Of a stretch of DNA of 64,000 nt, positions 1 through 10,536 are shown piece by piece (within the stretch, counting starts at the first letter, position 1; every line of letters starts with the position of its first letter). Both the position numbers and the translations under genes were made by a program. The notes beneath the pieces were generated by a model. It was not told the DNA's origin. It worked only from the letters and a program-made list of their open reading frames with translations, and did not search any database. This DNA is from Octopus sinensis (Eukaryota). The stretch lies in NCBI RefSeq assembly GCF_006345805.1, contig NC_042998.1, positions 26,908,001 to 26,972,000 on the forward strand, written 5' to 3'.

Positions 1-305
1 TACATAAATATATACCCACCTCTGTATGCATATAAATACGATATATATATTATATATATATATATATAATTATAACTCGTTTCAACTTTAAAGCTGTGGT
101 CATGCTGGAGCACCATGTGTGTGCGTATATACAGATATGCATATGGACATAAATGCTATACATGCACACACACAAAGGAATACATATATATATGAATATA
201 TATATGCAAGTATAAGTATATATTTTTTATATACCCTAACCCTAATCTGTATAGATACGTTCAATTACATATATTTCTATAAATGTGCGTGTGAGTGTAA
301 ACTTA

Positions 306-597
306 CATATGTACATTACACACACACACACACACACATACATACATACACGCATACATACATACATACATACACGCATACATACACACGCATACATACA
401 TACACACACACGCATACATACATACACACACGCACACATACATACATACATACATACATACATACGCACGCACACATACATACATACATACACACGCATA
501 CATACACACACATACATACATACATACACACAAACATACACACACATACATGCACACATATATACATACACACATACATACATACACACACACACAT
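306..597. repeat. compound (CA)n/(CATA)n microsatellite
   Basis: Read directly; explains the HT/YI/CV-repeat ORFs at 119-676. Confidence 0.95.
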
Positions 598-678
598 TCA
601 GTGTTGCAGCAATGATGTAGCAAGCCTGGAAATGTCCAGGATTTCTAGACTTTCAAGTTTTTTAGAGACAGTGTAAAT

Positions 679-860
679 CAGGGGTTCCCAAACTTTTTAG
701 ACCATCAACCCCTTCAGGGAATCCTGGACTCATCATCAGCTCCCAGGCATGTACAAGAAAATAAATAAATAATAATAATTAAGTAGATGTGCATTTATCA
801 ACCCCTTGAATAGTCCCATAGACCTCCAGGAGTCAATACCGACCACTTTGGAGACCCTTG
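679..860. mobile_element. hAT-type MITE
   Basis: Ends CAGGGGTTCCCAAACT / ACTTTGGAGACCCTTG are imperfect TIRs; 8-bp flanks gtgtaaat (671-678) and gtctaaat (861-868). Confidence 0.7.
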
Positions 861-868
861 GTCTAAAT

Positions 869-1120
869 CGTGGTTCTCACCAGGGTCCACATGAGCTTTG
901 GGGGTCCACTTAAGATTTTGTTGTTAAAATTATTTGTAATAAATTAGTAATACTTCTGCAATAAACAAAATATTTCATCAATTTTTTATACAACTCCTAA
1001 TAATGTTTAATCATAAAAATATTATAGGATTTTTTAAAACAAGGAATGGTTATGAGGGTCCAGTACAGTAAAAGAGGAAGCAAAGGGTTCCATAGCCCAA
1101 AAAGGGGTTGAAAAACATCG
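869..1120. mobile_element. hAT-type MITE (CAGTGGTTCTCAACC-end family)
   Basis: Degenerate TIRs cgtggttctcacc / ggttgaaaaacatcg; internal sequence shared with copies at 50699 and 52552. Confidence 0.6.
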
Positions 1121-1139
1121 GTCATACAAAATAAACTAT

Positions 1140-1615
1140 GGTGTAGGAGCGGCTGTGTGGTAAGAAGCTTGTTTAGCAACCACATGATTCCAGGTTCAGT
1201 CCGACTGCATGGCACCTTGGGCAAGTGTCTTCTACTATAACCTCGGGCCAACCAAAGCCTTGTGAGTGAATTTGGTAGATGGGAATTGAAAGAAGCTCGT
1301 CGTATATATATGTATATATATGTGTGTGTGTATGTTTGTGTCTGTGTTTATCCCACCAAGCCTTGTGAGTCGATTTGGTAGATGGAAACTGAAAGAAGCC
1401 CATCGTATGTGTGTGTGTGTGTTTGTGTTGGTCCCCCCAACATCACTTGACAACCGATGCTGGTGTGTTTACGTCCCCATCACTTAGTGGTTCAGCAAAA
1501 GGGACCCAAAGAATAAGTACTAGGCTTACAAAGAATAAGTCCTGGGGTCGATTTGCTCAACTAAAGGCGGTGCTCCAGCATGGCCACAGTCAAATGACTG
1601 AAATATAAAAGAATA
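1140..1615 (+). mobile_element. tRNA-derived SINE family B (CORE-like), with internal ~100-bp duplication
   Basis: A-box-like tggtaag and B-box-like ggttcagtcc; CORE-like ggcaccttgggcaagtgtctt; internal TA/TG microsatellite; tail gactgaaa-ataaaagaat; the ccaaagccttgtgag module occurs twice (~1252, ~1357). Confidence 0.85.
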
Positions 1616-1624
1616 AGAGAATAT

Positions 1625-2005
1625 AAGGCAGTGAGCAAACAGAATTGCTAGCAGGCTGGGGAAAATGCTTAGCAGCATTTTGTCTGCCCTTACTTACGTT
1701 GTGAGTTCAAATTCTGCCGAGGTCAACTTTGCCTTTCATCTTTTGGGGTCGATACAATAAGAACCTGATGAACACTGGAGTCAATGCAATTGACTTACCC
1801 CATCTCCTGAAATTGCTGGTCTTATGCCAAAAATTTGAAACTACTATTACATATACCATTATATTTTTATGTTCTGCCAAGGTCGACTTTGCTTTCATCC
1901 TTTTGGGGGTCAATAAATTAAGTGCCAGTTACATACTGGGGTCGATGTAATCAACTAGTCCCCTTCCCTCAAATTTCTGGCCTTGTGCTTTTAATAGAAA
2001 GAATT
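1625..2005 (+). mobile_element. two adjacent SINE family A copies with different 3' tails
   Basis: tRNA-like head (gagttcaaattc B box) plus core gtcgactttgcctttcatcctt; the second copy is 5' truncated. Confidence 0.75.
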
Positions 2006-2069
2006 ATACTTAGATATGTTCAGGTATAAATATATCTATATATGGGCATATTCTCATATTCTTTACTTG

Positions 2070-2520
2070 TATTTGTTTCTGTCATTTGATTGTGGCCATG
2101 CTGGAGCACCACCTTTTAGTCGAAGAAATCAACCCCAGGACATATTCTTTGTAAGCCTAGTACTTATTCTATCAAAGGCAGCGAGCTGGCAGAAACGTTA
2201 GCACACCGGGCGAAATGCGTAGCTGTATTTCGTCTGCCGCTACGTTCTGAGTTCAAATTCCGCCGAGGTCGACTTTGCCTTTCATCCTTTCGGGGTTGAT
2301 AAATTAAGTACCAGTTACGCACAGGGGTCGATGTAATCGACTTAATCCGTTTGTCTGTCCTTGTTTGTCCCCCTCTGTGTTTAACCCCTTGTGGGTAGTA
2401 AAGAAATGAGTACTTATTCTATCAATCTCTTGCTAAGGTACAGGGACATAAACACACCAACATCGGTTATCAAGCGGTCGGTGGTGGTGGTTGGAGGGGG
2501 GGAACAAACACAGACACAAA
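2070..2520 (-). mobile_element. partial SINE family B interrupted by SINE A
   Basis: The family B 3' half continues on both sides of the SINE A insertion. Confidence 0.8.
2176..2408 (+). mobile_element. SINE family A, full length, 17-bp TSD
   Basis: Perfect TSD agtacttattctatcaa at 2159-2175 and 2409-2425; tRNA-like head. Confidence 0.92.
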
Positions 2521-2579
2521 GACATATACATTTGTATATAGAGTACCAGTCAAACCTATACATCCGAAAATTTATGTTA

Positions 2580-2754
2580 ACACAATGTTATCAAGTTAAC
2601 CCAAAACAGGTTAAATTCAAAGCAAGCTGAAACGGTATCTATAACATATAAACACAGACAAAATAAGTTTAAGATGAATATATTTTCAAAGTAACACTAG
2701 TTTAGTATTTAATTTGAATTTAACCTGTTTTAAATTACCTTGATAACATTGTGC
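2580..2754. mobile_element. MITE with ~41-bp TIRs, TA flanks (Tc1/mariner-like)
   Basis: cacaatgttatcaagttaacccaaaacaggttaaattcaaa matches the reverse complement of the right end at about 37/41; TA on both sides. Confidence 0.65.
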
Positions 2755-3114
2755 TAGCATAAATTTCCAGACATATTGGTTTAAATGGTATTTTGCGCAT
2801 TTTTTTCGTTTTTTATATCTAAATATATTGACACAACAGAAATAATCATCAGTAACGTATGGTGTAATCGTGAAATAAAGAAGTGATTTTCTGTTCTTAT
2901 TTTCACTGTTATATATTCCGGATTTCTTGAAATTCTACTAAGTAGAATTTGGATTTACTTATACAAGGAATTATTTTGGGTGTTAATTTTATTTGAATTT
3001 ATTGGTATCTGATTGTTTGATGGAGTCAACCAAGTTCATTTAACCAATAGATACTTTCTAGATAGCTACCTAGGTTCATTAGTCCATTTTACCTCATATA
3101 ATATATATATATAT

Positions 3115-3600
3115 ATATTAAGGTATGTAGAAAAATACAACATGGACAAGAAGTATAACTCTTAGAAGACGACACAATAAACATGGACAGGACATTCGAA
3201 CCCCTCAGTCTTCAGTCAAGAACCGGATCATCGTAGTAATTTCGGCTGATTAATCTTGAGATTACTAGATCACGGCCAGCCCTCCAAGAAAAACTAAGCA
3301 ACGAGCATTAGAAAAACTAAGCTGGAAGCGAGATTTCCTGGAAGAAGGATCGAATGCATACGAACACCAGGACAGCAAAAGGGACAGATATAAAAAAACA
3401 AAAAACAATAATGGAATACAGAAACATGAAATACAGAAGCATTAACGGTTGAAAAACAACAAGTGTCTTACGACTGATAACAAGCAAAAAAATTTTTTCT
3501 CTGGCGCATTGGAAGAAGCCTTTATAGCGGCGGACGAAAACAACGATGTTAACACGACGAGGGTCAGGAGCTGAAAGGCAGATTTCGGCCAACAGTCACG
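3115..3600 (+). mobile_element. Penelope-like element remnant (possible GIY-YIG C-terminus)
   Basis: A plus frame near 3500-3570 reads SGALEEAFIAADENNDVNT, resembling the LEAxxI...N motif at the end of PLE endonucleases; adjacent to hammerhead-bearing termini. Confidence 0.35.
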
Positions 3601-3994
3601 TGACAGAGAAGAGGGAAAAGAAAGAAAGAGAAGCAAAGGAAGAGAGAGAGAGACGAGGGACAAAAGCAAACAAGAGAGAGAAGAGAGAGAGAAAGAAGGG
3701 ATCAGAGAGGAGAAGGGATGGGTGTCGAAGAATGACCTGTGAGTGCAGAGCGAGACAAAGAAATAGGAGGTAAAGAGAAGAGAAAAGAGGATGGGTAGAG
3801 AGAAGAGAGAGAGAAGAGAGAGAGAGAGAGGGGGACAGATCAAGTAAAAATGAGAGAGAGAGGGAGACAAAAAGAGAGCGTACCAATTATTAAGAATATG
3901 TGCTCACATTAATGATAAGGTGGGTACGGGGCGCCTGGAATATATGTTAAGGTATGTATATATATATGAAAATAAGCAACAAGAATGACTCCGG

Positions 3995-4087
3995 TAATTT
4001 GGTACAATCGTTTCGTACTACATCATTTTATTAAATGTTGTAAGTATTACAACAGTTTCAAAATGCTGAGCACTCATCAGCCAATTA
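3995..4087 (-). ncRNA. type I hammerhead ribozyme, intact core, extended stem II
   Basis: Minus strand: aattgg-CUGAUGA-GUGC...GUAC-GAAAC-gauu-GUA-ccaaauu; stems I, II and III all pair. Confidence 0.7.
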
Positions 4088-4384
4088 TAGAGGTTTTCCA
4101 TTAATACAAAAATTTTCATATGAAGTGGCAACATTATAGAGAAGGTAGATACATAGACAAAGATGTGGATTTAAATTTTAAGAACATTTGAGGTAGTGGA
4201 GCCCATCAACTGACTGACTAAGATTCAGTTGTTCCAGACTACTGTAAGGTTCTGAGAAGGAAGAACAAATGAGAGGAGACAATAAAGATTTTCTAAATAT
4301 AGAAATATATATATATATTGATAAAAACGGTAAGATAACAAAAGAAAGAGACCTCGATATTATGTAAATAGAGGAATCTATCTG

Positions 4385-4626
4385 TAAATGTAATATGTGA
4401 CAATTATTCAGTAGCCAAGCTAAAACTCTGAATTTTGGATGCCGAGGTGGAAATCCACACCACCTTCAGTTATCCTGCCATCGGAAAAACGCCATCCATT
4501 TTTATCTTAGATAGCGTTTTTCTGATAGCCGGATAACTGAAGAGATGGCAGCATGGATTTCCACCTTGGCACACGAAACTCGGAGTTTTATCTTGGCTAC
4601 CGAATAATTGTCACATATTACATTTA
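4385..4626. repeat. fold-back inverted repeat, ~115-bp arms, 13-nt spacer
   Basis: 4385-4496 matches the reverse complement of 4510-4626 at roughly 85 percent by eye. Confidence 0.9.
4531..4593 (+). ncRNA. type I hammerhead-like motif, intact core, weak stem II
   Basis: gauaa-CUGAAGA(4537-4543)...GAAAC(4575-4579)-ucgga-GUU-uuauc; 5-6 bp stem I; near-palindromic stem III ACUCGGAGU. Confidence 0.55.
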
Positions 4627-4635
4627 TTTATTTAC

Positions 4636-4675
<40 letters not shown>

Positions 4676-4739
4676 GTAAAAGAAAATAGAGATAAATCAA
4701 TTAATAATCATATTTATTAATTACAAAAACAGACATAAT

Positions 4740-4820
4740 CTCTGACAGCTCTTTCGATTCAGGCTTTTAAAAATCAATTAAAATAATTAAATCATTATGA
4801 AGTTGAATCTCTTCAGAGGC
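4740..4820 (-). ncRNA. degenerate hammerhead motif in Penelope-like terminus
   Basis: CUGAAGA-GAUUCA...UGAAUC-GAAAG-agcu-GUC; stem II perfect, pair 15.2-16.2 broken, stem I short; same family as 35755 and 36025. Confidence 0.5.
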
Positions 4821-5117
4821 AGGAAAAAGATATACCATTACATTATGTTTTCGTGTTAAGTGTATGGAGCATTTCAGCTAACTGAGTATAGTTTTATAGA
4901 AAAACTTGGTATAAACCTTATAAAGTGGAGAAAGTTAGTATGTTTAGAGAAAATATAAACCTCAGTTTATTTAATTACCTATTTTTGAATATTAAATCTA
5001 ATATTCAAAATAACTAATAGGTAGGAAATCAGCAAATTCATTGGACATTAATTATTATCCCTTAATGAGGCTTATTTAAACTCTAATTGAACTTGTGTGT
5101 GTGTATATATATATATA

Positions 5118-5333
5118 CGAGGGTTTGCTGAAATGTTCCTTGTTTTGGGTAAAAGAAAATAAAAGAGGATCAGTTAATTATGATTTTATTCAACATATTC
5201 CCCTCTCATATTCACATACTTATTGCAGAAATCCTTCAGTTTTTCTAAGCCCTATAAAAGAACTTGAATGGTTCAGCCTCCAACCAGGCCTTTTATGATA
5301 CCCTTAAAGCCAGGAGTTTTTCTGCACCCCTCA
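5118..5333. mobile_element. mariner-derived MITE
   Basis: TA-CGAGGG...-type TIRs at both ends; same family as 28113, 29135 and 29748. Confidence 0.7.
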
Positions 5334-5440
5334 CATATATATATATATATAAATATACACACATACAGGTAGGGCCAGATTAAGACACATGGAGGCCCTA
5401 AGGACTTAAAAGATTTTGGTACCCTCATATATAAGTAATT

Positions 5441-5570
5441 CAAGACAAAGACAGGTGTATAAAAAACAAGCAGGTGTATTAGTTTGACACTCAGGAAGGT
5501 GAGAAAGTCTTTTATGTTTCGTGCCTATGCTCTTCAACAGAAAGGAACATGAGGAAATAAACAGAGAGAA
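5441..5570 (-). mobile_element. Penelope-like terminus with degenerate minimal hammerhead (5509-5544)
   Basis: cuuu-CUGUUGA-a-gagc-auag-gcac-GAAAC-AUA-aaag; the downstream sequence matches the 34015-34390 repeat unit. Confidence 0.5.
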
Positions 5571-5898
5571 TTTTTAAAAAACTTGTGGATTTAGTAATTT
5601 CAAAAGTTTTTCCTACATTTTTTAATTGCAAAGTTTTTTTTATCAGATCCTCATTATGGCGCCATGAACACTGACGTATTTCCAATCATATAAACCACTT
5701 CAAATATTATTGTATCAAGTTGAAAGTGACTCCATTTGTGCTGCAAACCATTTACCATTTCTGTGGTGCCCTGCTTCCATTGCTGCCCTAAGAACATGCT
5801 TATTTTGCTTAATGGTTAATCCAGTGCTGTATAGAGGATACAAGGGGCTTTTGAGGACACTTATTTATTAATGTATTACTTCTTTCAAACCTTCAAAC

Positions 5899-6270
5899 CA
5901 GGTGCAGGAGTGGCTGTGTGGTAAGTAGCTTGCTTACCAACCACATGATTCTGGGTTCAGTCCCACTGCATGGCACCTTGGGCAAGTGTCTTCTACTATA
6001 GCCTCAGGCCGACCAAAGCCTTGTGAGTGGATTTGGTAGATGGAAACTGAAAGAAGCCCGTCGTATATGTGTGTGTGTTTGTGTGTCTGTGTTGGTCCCC
6101 CCAACATCACTTGACAACCAATGCTGGTGTGTTTGCGTCCCCATAACTTAGCGGTTTGGCAAAAGAGACCAATAGGCTTACAAAGAATAAGTCCTGGGAA
6201 CGATTTGCTCAACTAAAGGCAGTGCTCCAGCATGGCCACAGTCAAATGACTGAAACAAGTAAAATTAAAA
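5899..6270 (+). mobile_element. SINE family B, full length
   Basis: Colinear with the 1140-1615 copy. Confidence 0.88.
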
Positions 6271-6610
6271 AGTTTTTATGCCTTTCAGATCAGCTATGGC
6301 AGTTAAAATCCTAACACAAGAAATGAAAAGATATTCAGTCATTGTTACTGAACAGAGTAATTTCAAAAATGCCATCTAAACATCGGAGGATCATTTGCAT
6401 ACAAAGTTCAGATGGAATTTGGTTGAAATGTTTCAACTAAATCAAAGAGAAAAGAACATTCTAAGCATTTGGACACAATAAAAACAATGCAGTCTATTCA
6501 ATAGGTTCCAAATATTATTGATGACAATGCTGGTAAAAACCAATGAGACCCATCACTAAATAATTTCATGAGTCAGAGCAAAATAATATTCAGAGTGGTA
6601 TACATATGAT

Positions 6611-6844
6611 TAAGGCAGTAAACTGGCAGAATCATTAGCACGCCGGGCGAAATGCTTAGCGGTATTTCGTCTGCTGCTACGTTCTGAGTTCAAATTCTGC
6701 CGAGGTCGACTTTGCCTTTCATCCTTTCGGGGTCGATTAAATAAGTATCAGTTACGCACTGGAGTCGATGTAATCGACTTAATTCGTTTGTCTGTCCTTG
6801 TTTGTCCTCTCTGTGTTTAGCCCCTTGTGGGTAGTAAAGAAATA
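6611..6844 (+). mobile_element. SINE family A with 14-bp TSD
   Basis: ggtatacatatgat (6597-6610) vs ggtatatatatgat (6845-6858). Confidence 0.9.
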
Positions 6845-7369
6845 GGTATATATATGATCAGAAATATAATTTCAAAGTATTCATGGTGTCATAGTGAGGA
6901 TCTGATCAAAGACACACCAACTAAAAAAAAGTAAGAGAAAAGTTTTCAAATGTAGATAAAATATACAAAATATAGATAAAGTATACAAAACTAAACAGTA
7001 TTTCCCATTTTATTGTTAGTTTTGTTTCATTTATGAAAATAGAAATTTATCTTATGGTTTCTAATTATTTATATTATAAATTATGTATACATAGGGACAT
7101 AAAAATCTTTTAAGTGCTCAAGGCCTCTATGGGTATTAAACTACTGGCCCAGCCTATATATGAACTGGAGTTTATGAGGATATTCAGAACAATATCATAT
7201 GTACTGAAGAGAGGCTAATTTCATATCTGCAAAGACATGGGAATAGCATTTGATTCACGCCAAGTGGTTACTTAACAAGATTAAAAATCTCATGAACATG
7301 GTAAGCTTTGGTTTTCTCTAATGAAATCTTTGAACAACATCACAAGTCTAACAGAAGAAATAACAGAGG

Positions 7370-7618
7370 ATCCTTCTAATGTCTTCAGAGCAATGCACAT
7401 CAAGTTTCTAGCAACTGTAATGGTTTTAGGAGATGTGAGTAACAGAGGTCATGCCATGCCAACTGACATTTTTCTGCAGGATCTTAGAATAAATGCTGCT
7501 GGATGCATTGAGGTACTGGAGACTGTTGTTAAGCCTTGGATGGATGAAGTATGCAGGGGAAAGCTATACATGTTTCAACAAAGCTCAGCACCATCTCATA
7601 TAGCCCACATAACCCCAT
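7370..7618 (+). pseudogene. Tc1/mariner (maT/DD37D-like) transposase fragment
   Basis: Peptide KFLATVMVLGDVSN...LETVVKPW...YMFQQSSAPSH matches the central catalytic segment (FQQDSAPxH, Asp lost). Confidence 0.75.
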
Positions 7619-7700
7619 GAATGTATATCAGACAATCTTTACCATATGTAAATATATACATATTTATTCATATATTTATGCACACACACATATATTCATA

Positions 7701-7773
<73 letters not shown>

Positions 7774-7867
7774 ATAAACATGGCAAGTAAACATTATTCC
7801 CTTTCTCTCCTCTCGCTTTAATTATATATATATATATATAATATATTATATATATATTAATAAGAGA

Positions 7868-8812
7868 GAGGTGTGTGAGAAAGTGCCACCATCCCTAGCA
7901 GTTGAGGGAACCCGTGGAAGAGGTAGACCCAGGAAAACCTGGGACGAGGTGGTGAAGCACGACCTTCGGACGTTAGGTCTCACCATGGAATGTGACTAGG
8001 ACCGAGACCTATGGAAGTATGCTGTGCGTGAGAAGACCCGGCAAGACTAGTGAAGCCATAATCCATGGCCCCTACCTGGGACGTAGTCAGTCCACCTGTG
8101 CATACCTTCCTTCTTGTGACACTTGTGAAGACCTGTTGAGGCAAGTGAGAATCGAATCGAATCGTATCAAATCAAATCGAACCAAATCAAAATAGATGAA
8201 CATCAATGGAATTTGTATCCTTGTGGTACCAGTGCCGTGGCACATAAGAAAACCATCCGAACGTGACCGTAGCCAGTACCGCCAATGACTGGCCTCCGTG
8301 CTGAGGGCACGTAACAACCCATCCGAGCGTGGCCGTCCGCCAGCCTCGTCTAGCACCTGTGTCGGTGACACATAAGAAACACCATCCGAGCGTGGCCGTC
8401 TGCCAGCCTCGTCTGGCACCTGTGTCGGTGGCACATAAAAAACACCATCCGAGCGTGGTCCGTCTGCCAGCCTCGTCTGGCACCTGTGTCGGTGGCACAT
8501 AAAAAAACACCATCCGAGCGTGGCCGTCTCCAGCCTCGTCTGGCACCTGTGTCGGTGGCACATAAAAAACACCATCCGAGCGTGGCCGTCTGCCAGCCTC
8601 GTCTGGCACCTGTGTCGTGGCACATAAAATCACCCACTACACTCTCGGAGTGGTTGGCGTTAGGAAGGCATCCAGCTGTAGAAACACTGCCACATCTGAC
8701 TGGCCTGGTGCAGCCTTCGGGCTTCCCAGACCCCAGTTGAACTGTCCAACCCATGCTAGCATGGAAAGCGGACGTTAAACGATGATGATGATGAGATGAT
8801 GATGATATATAT
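7868..8812 (+). mobile_element. RTE-type LINE 3' fragment (ORF C-terminus, 3' UTR with tandem array, (GAT)n tail)
   Basis: GRGRPRKTWDEVVKHDLRTLGLT...DRDLWKYAVREKTRQD* (stop 8048-8050), an RTE C-terminal motif; tail ggcgttaggaaggcatcc...gttaaacgatgatgat. Confidence 0.85.
8232..8640 (+). repeat. tandem array, ~7 units of ~62 bp, within RTE 3' UTR
   Basis: Unit gtgtcggtggcacataaaaaacaccatccgagcgtggccgtctgccagcctcgtctggcacct. Confidence 0.95.
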
Positions 8813-8821
8813 ATCTTGTAC

Positions 8822-8863
<42 letters not shown>

Positions 8864-8933
8864 AATGTGTGTGTGTGTGTGGTGTGGTGTGTGTATAAAC
8901 ATGGCAAGTAAACATTATTCCCTTCTCTCTCGC

Positions 8934-8971
<38 letters not shown>

Positions 8972-8977
8972 ACGTAT

Positions 8978-9037
<60 letters not shown>

Positions 9038-9134
9038 AGGTATTCATACATCTATATATGCATTTTCTTACAATATATTAATTTATTAATATATATATAT
9101 ATATATATATAATATATATATATATTATATATTC

Positions 9135-9510
9135 TTTCATTTGTTTCAGTTGTTTGACTGCAGCCATGCTGAAGCACCATCTTTCGGAGTCGAACAAATC
9201 AACCCCAGGCTCATTCTTTGTAAACCTAGAACTTATTCTATCAGTTCCTTTTGCTTAACCGCTAAGTTATGGGGATGTAGACATGCCAACATTGGTTGTT
9301 AAGCAATGATGGGAGGACAAACACAGGCACACACACACACACACACACATATGACAGGCTTCATTCAATTTCCATCTACCAAATCTACTCACAAGACTTT
9401 GGTCGGCCCGAGGCTATGTAGAAGGCGCTTGTCTAAGGTGCCATGCAGTGGGACTGAACCCAGAACCATGTGGTTGGTAAGCAAGCTACTTACCACAAAG
9501 CCACTCATGT
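9135..9510 (-). mobile_element. SINE family B
   Basis: Reverse complement of the family B sequence. Confidence 0.85.
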
Positions 9511-9613
9511 GCCTATACACACACACACACACATAATAAAAATGAAGTGATCAAATCACTTTGCTAGTTTAGTTTACAATTGTTTCATCATAGGCCAATA
9601 TAATCCATCTTAC

Positions 9614-9721
9614 GTCATTATATAATAATTCCTGCAAGTATTGATTAATTTCCATGTATTCCATAACACATGTTGAAAATGACTCTTCAGAATTGCGTAA
9701 AAAGTAATTTGTAAATGAAAC
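9614..9721 (-). CDS. candidate internal coding exon, product unknown
   Basis: tttcag|GTT...GAC|gtaaga; 108 nt, phase 0-0, open: VSFTNYFLRNSEESFSTCVMEYMEINQYLQELLYND; non-repetitive context; protein not recognised. Confidence 0.3.
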
Positions 9722-10499
9722 CTGAAATCCACTGAACATATACATAGTGAATTGGGCGTGTCATATATACATGATGGAAGCACATGAGTGCCAAGAATCC
9801 AACGGGTTGAGGGAGGGTTACTTTGTTTTGCTGGCATAAGTTTCCATTTTCTCAATTGGTTGTTCAGTGCATTACTAGAATCAGGATTTATGGCTGCTTG
9901 CTTCATTAAATCAAATGTTAAGACATTATGACTCTTTTAGTGGCTTTTATTAAAGACAGTTAAGTAGACTTATTGTCTAGACTTGAAGCCTTGGAGTTTA
10001 TCTATAGCAAGTGACCACTATCAGTTCAGGGCTATAAAATACTTCCTTTTGACCTTTCTTACATCTCTTACTCATATATATATATATATTACTTACAACT
10101 ACATCCACAATAACATACTTTGATTATTACAAAGGTACACACCAACACACACACACAAATAAACGATCACTCATACATACTCACAGACGTCATCATTAGC
10201 TTACTCATACTGTCTTCTATACTAAGCTAATGCTTTTTGCATAAAAAAAAATGAATATATGCACACATATCAAAGACTATGGTTTCTGTATGTACACGGA
10301 GATCTAAGGATACACACGCATATACATTCTAAGTCTCATCAATATCCACAAACGTAATTCAATACAGAAAGAGAAAATTAATGAACTTTATATATATGTA
10401 TATATATATATATACACACACACGTGTATGTACAAATATATCTATATATATACACATACAGCTGCATATATATATATGTGTATATATATATATATAATA

Positions 10500-10536
<37 letters not shown>

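Noticed and set aside
119-676. Long HT/YI/CV-repeat ORFs here and at 17536-19145, 21516-22823 and 30686-31349
   Set aside because: Translations of CA/TA/CATA microsatellites, which lack stop codons in several frames; no coding signal.
1140-1215. tRNA genes at SINE heads (also 2176 and 54265)
   Set aside because: A/B boxes are present, but there is no acceptor stem or full cloverleaf and they continue into SINE bodies.
3185-3235. Minus-strand CUGAAGA...GAAU as a hammerhead
   Set aside because: Position 15.1 is not A and there is no stem I partner.
3600-3880. Purine-rich tracts (also 10620-10830) as H-DNA or RS/RE-rich coding
   Set aside because: Ordinary degenerate (GA)n low-complexity sequence.
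8232-8640. HDV-like or pistol ribozyme in the repeat unit
   Set aside because: GCC...GGC and GGCACGUAAA resemble parts of these folds, but I could not form HDV P1/P2 or pistol P2/P3 pairings.
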